NCBI GenBank assembly: GCA_046757665.1
Contig: JBHHYO010000072.1
Span: forward strand, 1 to 13,209
Direction: 5' to 3'
From: Nitrospinales bacterium
Lineage (GTDB): Bacteria > Nitrospinota > Nitrospinia > Nitrospinales > JAJDAT01
DNA length: 13,209 nt
Shown here one piece after another: positions 7,389-13,209 of the stretch (positions within the stretch are counted from its first letter, which is position 1; each line of letters opens with the position of its first letter). Under the pieces are notes generated by a model. It made no database searches. It worked only from the letters and a program-made list of their open reading frames with translations, and was not told the origin of the DNA. A program made the position numbers and the translations under genes.

Positions 7389-8298
7389 CATTTACAAACC
7401 TTCCGGCCCCTCGTCCTTCGGCGTGGTGTGCTCGGTAAAGAAAATCCTCGATGTCCGGAAGGCGGGGCATATCGGCACCCTGGACCCCCTCGCGGAAGGG
7501 ATTCTGCCCATCTGTCTCAACAAAGCCACCAAAATCATCCAGTTCCTGACAAAATTGTCCAAGGTCTATACCGCTACAATGCGGCTGGGGATTGAAACCG
7601 ACACCCAGGACGCAACGGGCAACATCATTTCCGAAAAGGACGCCTCGTCCGTGGACGAGACGGCGGTAAAAGCCGCTTTGCAGGAATTGCGGGGCGACCG
7701 GCAACAGGTGCCGCCCATGTTTTCCGCAAAGAAAAAAGACGGGGTCCCCTTGTACAAACTGGCCCGGAGCGGCATCACCATCGACCGGGAGCCGGTCCCC
7801 ATTCATATTTATTCTCTGGAATTTCTGGAAAAAACGGGCGACCGCGTTGTCTTCCGGGTTCATTGCTCGGCGGGCACATACGTGCGCACCCTGTGCCGCG
7901 ACATAGGCGCCCGGTTGGGATGCGGCGCGCACATGCTGGCTCTGCGCCGCGACGGAGTCGGGGATTTCAACAAAACCAATTCCATCGGCCTGGAAGAACT
8001 GCAAGCGGCCAAACTCGATGGAACACTCGACAAAAATATTTTCAAGATGGAACAGGTTCTGGAATTCCTTCCGGAAATCCGCATCAAAAACGATCACACG
8101 AGAGCCGTGGCCAACGGCACGGCGCTTTCCAAATCGTTTCTGGAAACATTTCCCAAGCAATTTCAACCGGGCACGAAATTTCGCGTGTCCGCCGGCAGTC
8201 ATCTGCTGGCCGTTGTCGAATCGCTGACCGACCAGGACGACTTCGCCCGCCTGGGTCCGGATGGGATCGCCTTCAAACTGAAGCGCGTTTTTGCTTAG
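7372..8298 (+). CDS. truB: tRNA pseudouridine(55) synthase TruB
   Basis: MNGILNIYKPSG, KAGHIGTLDPLAEGILPIC (catalytic Asp), QVPPMFSAKK, LYKLAR, CSAGTYVRTLCRDIG. ATG 7372 overlaps the rbfA 3' end by 17 nt. Confidence 0.97.
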   Translation: MNGILNIYKPSGPSSFGVVCSVKKILDVRKAGHIGTLDPLAEGILPICLNKATKIIQFLTKLSKVYTATMRLGIETDTQDATGNIISEKDASSVDETAVKAALQELRGDRQQVPPMFSAKKKDGVPLYKLARSGITIDREPVPIHIYSLEFLEKTGDRVVFRVHCSAGTYVRTLCRDIGARLGCGAHMLALRRDGVGDFNKTNSIGLEELQAAKLDGTLDKNIFKMEQVLEFLPEIRIKNDHTRAVANGTALSKSFLETFPKQFQPGTKFRVSAGSHLLAVVESLTDQDDFARLGPDGIAFKLKRVFA

Positions 8299-8365
8299 GG
8301 CGTAACATGACGAAAAATATTTGGGAACCTTATTACGTTAATCCCGATCGTAGGAGGACGAACGG

Positions 8366-8635
8366 ATGTCATTGAGCAAGGAAAAAAAGGCAACGATTAT
8401 TACGGATTTCAAGCTGAGTGAAAAAGATACCGGATCATCGGAGGTTCAGATCGCGCTTCTGACACAGCGCCTGACAGACTTGAACCAGCATTTCAAGGAA
8501 CATGGTAAGGACCATCATTCCCGGCGCGGGCTGTTGAAAATCGTCAGCCGACGGCGCAAATTGCTGGATCATTTAAAACATGAAGATATTCAGCGCTATC
8601 AGGATCTGATTGTTCGACTGGGTATCCGACGTTAA
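8366..8635 (+). CDS. rpsO: 30S ribosomal protein S15
   Basis: 89 aa with [26 protein letters not shown] and LGIRR; SD AGGAGG at 8352-8357. Confidence 0.99.
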   Translation: MSLSKEKKATIITDFKLSEKDTGSSEVQIALLTQRLTDLNQHFKEHGKDHHSRRGLLKIVSRRRKLLDHLKHEDIQRYQDLIVRLGIRR

Positions 8636-8659
8636 AAAAAATCTACTGGAGTTAAGTGA

Positions 8660-10762
8660 ATGCATCAGAAACTGGAACTGGAAATTTGTGGAAAAAAACT
8701 TTCGCTGGAAGCGGGAGAACTGGCAAGACAAGCGGGCGGATCGGTAATCGTCCGTCTCGGAGAAACCATGGTTTTGGTGGCCGCCACGATGGCGAAGAAC
8801 ATTCGGGAAGGGATCGATTTTTTTCCCCTGACCGTGGATTACCGGGAAAAAACCTACGCCGCGGGAAAAATTCCCGGCGGCTTTTTCAAACGTGAAGGCC
8901 GGCCCGGCGAAAATGAAACGCTGACGTGCCGCCTGATCGACCGGCCGCTCCGGCCCCTGTTTCCCAAGAGGTTCATGAACGAAACGCAAATCATCTGTTT
9001 CGTTATTTCCCACGACACGGAAAACCCCGCCGATGTGATTTCCATCGTCGGCGCTTCCGCGGCTCTCATGATTTCGGACATCCCCTTCACCACCCCCATC
9101 GCCGGGGTGCGCGTGGGGCTGTGCAATGGACAATTTATCCTGAATCCCACTTACAAGGAAATCAAGGAAAGCAGTCTCAACCTGATTATGGCGGGCACCC
9201 GGGACGGTATCGTCATGGTAGAAGCCGGCGCCCACGAACTGGACGAGGAAACGATGATGAACGCCCTGGAATACGGCCACGGCTACATCAAACAAATCAT
9301 CGAACTGCAAATCGAACTGCAAAAACTCATCGGCAAGGAAAAAGCCGCAGTGGCGCCGGCAGAGCAAGACGAGGAACTCAAGCAACGGGTTCATGAAGCC
9401 GCCGTGCCGGCATTGCGCGAGGCCGTAAAGATCACCGGCAAGCAAGAACGCCAGGCCGCCATCGACCAGGCGCGGGATTCACTGCAAAACCAATTCAACG
9501 CGGAAGAGGACGGAGAGGTCAAGGCGGCCATCAACTTTTTCTTTCACGACGCCGAGAAAGAAGTGGTGCGCGATCTGATTCTGCATGACAAGAAACGGAT
9601 CGACGGCCGGGGACTGGCGGACATCCGCCCCATCACCTGCCGCGTCGGCTATCTGCCCCGGGTACACGGTTCCGCGGTGTTCACCCGCGGCGAAACCCAG
9701 GCTCTGGTCGCCACCACTCTGGGCACCAGCCAGGACGAGCAACGCATGGACGCCCTGGAGGGCCAAAAGTTCAAGTCCTTCATGTTGCATTACAACTTTC
9801 CGGCTTTTTGCACCGGCGAGGTCAAATTCATCGGCACCCCCGGACGGCGCGAAGTCGGCCACGGGATGCTCGCCGAACGGGCGCTGGCGCCGATTCTGCC
9901 CAGCAGGGAAACTTTTCCCTACACGATCCGCATCGTTTCCGACATTCTGGAATCCAACGGGTCTTCCTCCATGGCTTCCGTTTGCGGCGGCAGTCTGTCC
10001 TTGATGGACGCCGGAGTGCCCATCAAGGCTCCCGTCGCCGGCATTGCCATGGGGCTCATCAAGGAGGGTGACAAAACAGCCATCTTGTCCGACATCCTCG
10101 GCTCCGAGGATCATCTCGGCGATATGGATTTCAAAGTCACCGGCACCGAGGCGGGCATCACCGCACTGCAAATGGACATCAAAATCACCGGTCTGGACAA
10201 GAAACTCATGGCGGAGGCGCTCGACCAAGCCAAAGCGGGACGATTGCATATCCTCAAGGAAATGCAAAAAGCCCTGACCGCCCCCAGAGCGGAACTGTCC
10301 GAACATGCGCCAAGAATCGTCACCATGCAAATCGCCACCGACAAGATCAGGGACGTCATTGGCCCCGGCGGCAAGGTCATTCGCGGGATCATCGAAAAAA
10401 CCGGCGTGGCCATCGACATCGACGATTCCGGGCTTATCTCCATCGCCTCCACCAACGAGACGGCGGCGAAACAAGCCATCGAGATCATCGAAAGCCTGAT
10501 CCAGGAAGTGGAAGTCGGCAAGGTTTATCTGGGCAAGGTGAAAAAGATCATGGACTTCGGCGCGTTCGTCGAAATCCTGCCCGGCACCGACGGGCTGGTA
10601 CACATCTCCCAGATTTGCGACAGGAGAATCAACAAAGTGACCGATGAAATTTCCGAGGGCGATGAAATCGTCGTCAAGGTCATCGACGTCGACCGCAACG
10701 GCAAGGTCAAGCTAAGCCGCAAGGAAGCGTTAAAGGAAGGAGCCTCCGCGGCAACAACCTGA
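8660..10762 (+). CDS. pnp: Polyribonucleotide nucleotidyltransferase (PNPase)
   Basis: DFFPLTVDYRE, GKIPGGFFKREGRP, RVHGSAVFTRGETQAL, ESNGSSSMASVCG, EDHLGDMDFKV, a KH domain (IGPGGKVIR) and an S1 domain (FGAFVEILPG). Confidence 0.99.
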   Translation: MHQKLELEICGKKLSLEAGELARQAGGSVIVRLGETMVLVAATMAKNIREGIDFFPLTVDYREKTYAAGKIPGGFFKREGRPGENETLTCRLIDRPLRPLFPKRFMNETQIICFVISHDTENPADVISIVGASAALMISDIPFTTPIAGVRVGLCNGQFILNPTYKEIKESSLNLIMAGTRDGIVMVEAGAHELDEETMMNALEYGHGYIKQIIELQIELQKLIGKEKAAVAPAEQDEELKQRVHEAAVPALREAVKITGKQERQAAIDQARDSLQNQFNAEEDGEVKAAINFFFHDAEKEVVRDLILHDKKRIDGRGLADIRPITCRVGYLPRVHGSAVFTRGETQALVATTLGTSQDEQRMDALEGQKFKSFMLHYNFPAFCTGEVKFIGTPGRREVGHGMLAERALAPILPSRETFPYTIRIVSDILESNGSSSMASVCGGSLSLMDAGVPIKAPVAGIAMGLIKEGDKTAILSDILGSEDHLGDMDFKVTGTEAGITALQMDIKITGLDKKLMAEALDQAKAGRLHILKEMQKALTAPRAELSEHAPRIVTMQIATDKIRDVIGPGGKVIRGIIEKTGVAIDIDDSGLISIASTNETAAKQAIEIIESLIQEVEVGKVYLGKVKKIMDFGAFVEILPGTDGLVHISQICDRRINKVTDEISEGDEIVVKVIDVDRNGKVKLSRKEALKEGASAATT

Positions 10763-10819
10763 TTTTTATTCTTGGGGAGCATACTTCTCGTTCGGCGCGC
10801 CCCGCGTCCTCATTCATCC

Positions 10820-10868
10820 TCGTTCCCACGCTCCCGCGTGGGAACGATTTTTTTTGCCGCTTCGCGGC
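10820..10868 (+). terminator. REP-like palindrome serving as the intrinsic terminator of pnp, between convergent genes
   Basis: Perfect 12-bp stem TCGTTCCCACGC-TCCC-GCGTGGGAACGA (10820-10847), T8 (10848-10855), then a second small hairpin GCCGC-TTC-GCGGC (10856-10868). Confidence 0.8.
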
Positions 10869-10893
10869 CCGTCAACCGAAATTTGTTTTCCGC

Positions 10894-11649
10894 TCAAAGC
10901 CGGAGGTCCCACTCTTTCAGTTTTTCGAGCGTTTTGAAATGCGTCAGGTCGTAATGGATGGGCGTAACGGACACATAGTTTTGCAAAACCATTTCCGCGT
11001 CGGTTTCCTTGTCAACCTCATTGACCGCCATTTCCCCCGCCAGCCAATAGTAGGTGTTGCCGCGAGGATCGACCCGCTTGTCGAAGGTTTCGACCACCCG
11101 CGACTTCCCCTGCCGGGTCACCACCATCCCCTTGATTTCCGCCGCGGGAACGGTGGGCACGTTGACGTTCAAGGACACCCCGCCGGGCAATCCCTTTTCG
11201 AGCACCAGGCGCGCCAGCTTGCCGACGACGGACGCGGCGGGCCCGAAGTCGTGCCCGGAAAAATTGTTCAAGGACACCGCCATGGCGGGAATACCCATGA
11301 TCGCCGCTTCCGTCGCCGCCGAGACGGTGCCGGAATAAATCACGCAGGTACCCAGGTTGCCGCCGTGGTTGATCCCGGAAATCACCAGTTCGGGAGGCCG
11401 GTCGAGCAGGTCGTTGACGGCGATCTTGACGCAATCGGCGGGCGTGCCGTTGACCGCGTAACCGAGAAACTCGCCGTCCTCCACCACCTTGCGGACGCGC
11501 AACGGGAGCGACAACGTGATGGCGTGGCCGACGGCGCTTTGCTCCGCCTCCGGCGCGACGATAACGGTGTCGGCGAAGGCGGCGATTTCCTTCCTCAAGG
11601 CCCGCAGGCCGGAAGCGTTGAAACCGTCGTCGTTGGTGAGTAATATCAT
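10894..11649 (-). CDS. surE: 5'/3'-nucleotidase SurE
   Basis: MILLTNDDG, VAPEAEQSAVGHAITL, VNGTPADCV, SGINHGGNLG..VIYSGTVSAATEA, LNVNVP, DPRGNTYYW and VSVTPI. TTG 11667 is an alternative start. Confidence 0.97.
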   Translation of the reverse strand: MILLTNDDGFNASGLRALRKEIAAFADTVIVAPEAEQSAVGHAITLSLPLRVRKVVEDGEFLGYAVNGTPADCVKIAVNDLLDRPPELVISGINHGGNLGTCVIYSGTVSAATEAAIMGIPAMAVSLNNFSGHDFGPAASVVGKLARLVLEKGLPGGVSLNVNVPTVPAAEIKGMVVTRQGKSRVVETFDKRVDPRGNTYYWLAGEMAVNEVDKETDAEMVLQNYVSVTPIHYDLTHFKTLEKLKEWDLRL

Positions 11650-11676
11650 GCGAAGGCGCTCAGGCAAGCCTCCGGC

Positions 11677-11706
11677 GCCGCCGGGCTCTGTGCCAAGCCC
11701 GGCGGC
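11677..11706. other. GC-rich intergenic hairpin with no U-tract, between the peroxiredoxin gene and surE
   Basis: GCCGCCGGGCT (11677-11687), 8-nt loop, AGCCCGGCGGC (11696-11706): a perfect 11-bp stem. Confidence 0.7.
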
Positions 11707-11736
11707 AGAGGACTCGATCGGTTAACCGGCGGACGG

Positions 11737-12327
11737 TTAACCGTGTTTGGAAAAATAACTTTGCGAACCCTTGGGGTCGGGTTTCATGCCGTCGGCGCCC
11801 GGCTTCCAGTTGGCGGGGCATACCTCGCCGTTCGCTTCAAAATACTGCAAGGCATCCACCATGCGCAGCGCCTCGTCGATGTTGCGCCCCAACGGCAGGT
11901 TGTTGATGAGCTGGTGCTGAACCACCCCGGCCTTGTCGATCAAAAACAATCCGCGCAAGGCGATGCCGGCGTCCAGCAGAACGTCGTACGCCTGGCTGAT
12001 CGACTTGTCCAGGTCCGCCACCAGAGGGTAGCCGATGTCGCCCAGCCCGCCCTTTTTGCGGTCGGTGTTGCGCCAGGCCAGATGGCTGAACTGGCTGTCG
12101 ACGGACACGCCGATGACTTCCGTGTTGCGTTTTTTGAAGTCATCGATCCGGTCGCTGAAACCGACGATCTCGGTGGGGCATACGAAGGTGAAATCCAGGG
12201 GATAGAAAAACAAGACGACATATTTTCCCCTGTAATCGGAAAGTTTGAAGTCGGCCTTGAAACTACCGTCCGGCATAACCGCCGTGGCCGTGAAATCGGG
12301 CGCTGGCTTGGAAACTAAAGTCGGCAT
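11737..12327 (-). CDS. ahpC: Typical 2-Cys peroxiredoxin (AhpC/Prx1 family)
   Basis: [15 protein letters not shown] (peroxidatic Cys), GRNIDEALR and GEVCPANW (resolving Cys); SD AGGAG 6 nt upstream of the ATG. Confidence 0.96.
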   Translation of the reverse strand: MPTLVSKPAPDFTATAVMPDGSFKADFKLSDYRGKYVVLFFYPLDFTFVCPTEIVGFSDRIDDFKKRNTEVIGVSVDSQFSHLAWRNTDRKKGGLGDIGYPLVADLDKSISQAYDVLLDAGIALRGLFLIDKAGVVQHQLINNLPLGRNIDEALRMVDALQYFEANGEVCPANWKPGADGMKPDPKGSQSYFSKHG

Positions 12328-12373
12328 GGTTTACTCCTATATGAAAAAGAATTTCTCTGAGTTGGATAGCCCC

Positions 12374-12402
12374 AATTTAACACAAAACCCCTGCCAAGCC
12401 AA
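12374..12402 (-). promoter_or_regulatory. Putative sigma70 promoter of the peroxiredoxin(-surE) unit
   Basis: On the minus strand: TTGGCT (12402-12397), a 17-nt spacer ending in TGn, and TAAATT (12379-12374), i.e. an extended -10 about 46 nt upstream of the ATG. Confidence 0.45.
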
Positions 12403-12516
12403 CACCGATAGCCGCACGCCCGTGCCCGCTTGTCAAACCCATCCGCTAATTCGGGAACACAAGATAATTATTCGTGTGCCCAAAATTTATAGCCACGGAC
12501 AATTAGTCGTATTATT

Positions 12517-12554
12517 ATATTGACAATATGTCGTTTTTGCGACACCGTGTCCGT
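12517..12554 (+). promoter_or_regulatory. Putative TA operon promoter/operator
   Basis: Perfect TTGACA (12520-12525), a 17-nt spacer and weak -10 CACCGT (12543-12548); the inverted repeat TGTCG-N6-CGACA (12529-12544) fills the spacer. Confidence 0.55.
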
Positions 12555-12812
12555 ATGTTCAGCTTAAAATACTCCAAGGCCTTTTTAAAAAAAATCGACA
12601 AAATACCCGGCGCTCTAAAGACCCTGATTCGCAAAAAGTTGAAAGCTCTTAAAGCCAATCCCGTCGCAAAATCCAAAAACATAAAAAGGCTGAAAAACAC
12701 AAACAACTACAGGCCCAGGATTGGCGATTGGCGGGTCATCTACAGGATCGAGAAAAAAGAATCGATTATTTACCTGATCGAGATTAACACCAGGGGAGAC
12801 GTTTACAAATGA
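12555..12812 (+). CDS. Type II toxin, RelE/ParE superfamily (RelE/StbE-like)
   Basis: Basic 85-aa protein: MFSLKYSKAFLKKIDKI...L.ANP...IKRL...YRPRIGDWRVIYRI...I.TRGDVYK, matching the RelE pattern R.R.G..RVIY...RGDVY. ATG 12528 is an alternative start. Confidence 0.9.
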   Translation: MFSLKYSKAFLKKIDKIPGALKTLIRKKLKALKANPVAKSKNIKRLKNTNNYRPRIGDWRVIYRIEKKESIIYLIEINTRGDVYK

Positions 12813-13177
12813 ACAGCGCGATCCAAATTATAAAAAACAAGAATGGGAAGGTTGAATACTTTGTCGTTCCCAAAAAAGATTTTGAGCGTTTAGTGGAATT
12901 GGCCGAGGACGCAAAGGACCTGAGAGCGGCGAAAAAATTTAATCCCGCGAAAGAAGAAACTTTCCCAGAAGAAGTTGCCGACCGGTTATTCGACGGAGAA
13001 AACAAGTTGCTGGTCTATCGTGAATACAGGAAATTGAGCCGAAAGGAATTGGCGGAACGGGTTGGAATTTCGGAATCCTACATATCCCATCTCGAGTTGG
13101 GCAAAAGAAAGGGAACCGCCGATAAACTGCAAAAAATTGCCGAGGCCTTGAACATCGAAGTCGATTTGCTGATTTGA
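12809..13177 (+). CDS. XRE-family HTH protein, the putative cognate antitoxin
   Basis: ATGA overlap with the toxin stop; C-terminal Cro/C1 HTH (YREYRKLSRKELAERVGISESYISHLELGKR...KIAEAL); N-terminal NGKVEYFVVP..DFERL..AED..D segment. Confidence 0.9.
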   Translation: MNSAIQIIKNKNGKVEYFVVPKKDFERLVELAEDAKDLRAAKKFNPAKEETFPEEVADRLFDGENKLLVYREYRKLSRKELAERVGISESYISHLELGKRKGTADKLQKIAEALNIEVDLLI

Positions 13178-13209
13178 ATTCAAGAGTTCGCGCGGGCTGG
13201 GAAGCCGCG

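Noticed and set aside
12431..12436. Perfect minus-strand TTGACA upstream of prx
   Set aside because: No acceptable -10 at 16-18 nt spacing; the 12374-12402 candidate fits better.
12245..12523. 92-aa ORF spanning the prx-TA intergenic region
   Set aside because: It overlaps the prx start and promoter elements in antisense and has no recognisable features.
1..13209. CRISPR array, tRNA/rRNA gene, integrase or transposase
   Set aside because: No regularly spaced repeat-spacer pattern, cloverleaf or recombinase ORF seen; intergenic gaps are short and accounted for.

Overview
A bacterial chromosomal window that is mostly core translation and RNA-metabolism genes. On the + strand: proS, then a promoter and attenuator-like leader, then rimP-nusA-infB-DUF503(ylxP)-rbfA-truB-rpsO-pnp. 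A REP-like hairpin/terminator follows, then a convergent minus-strand pair, 2-Cys peroxiredoxin and surE. The window ends with a divergent, visibly AT-richer, toxin-first RelE/XRE-HTH toxin-antitoxin module. I see no clearly novel multi-gene system. The most unusual signals are: (1) a 97-residue histone-H1-like Lys/Ala tract in IF2, encoded just after a NusA with a long acidic linker between two HhH repeats; (2) structured leaders before rimP and rpsO; (3) a peroxiredoxin with both GGLG and YF 'sensitive-type' motifs; (4) a TA promoter that suggests leaderless translation under stacked palindromes, with a Pro in the toxin's RLR motif; (5) several REP-like or transposon-end-like hairpins. All calls come from reading motifs by eye; no searches or folding programs were run.
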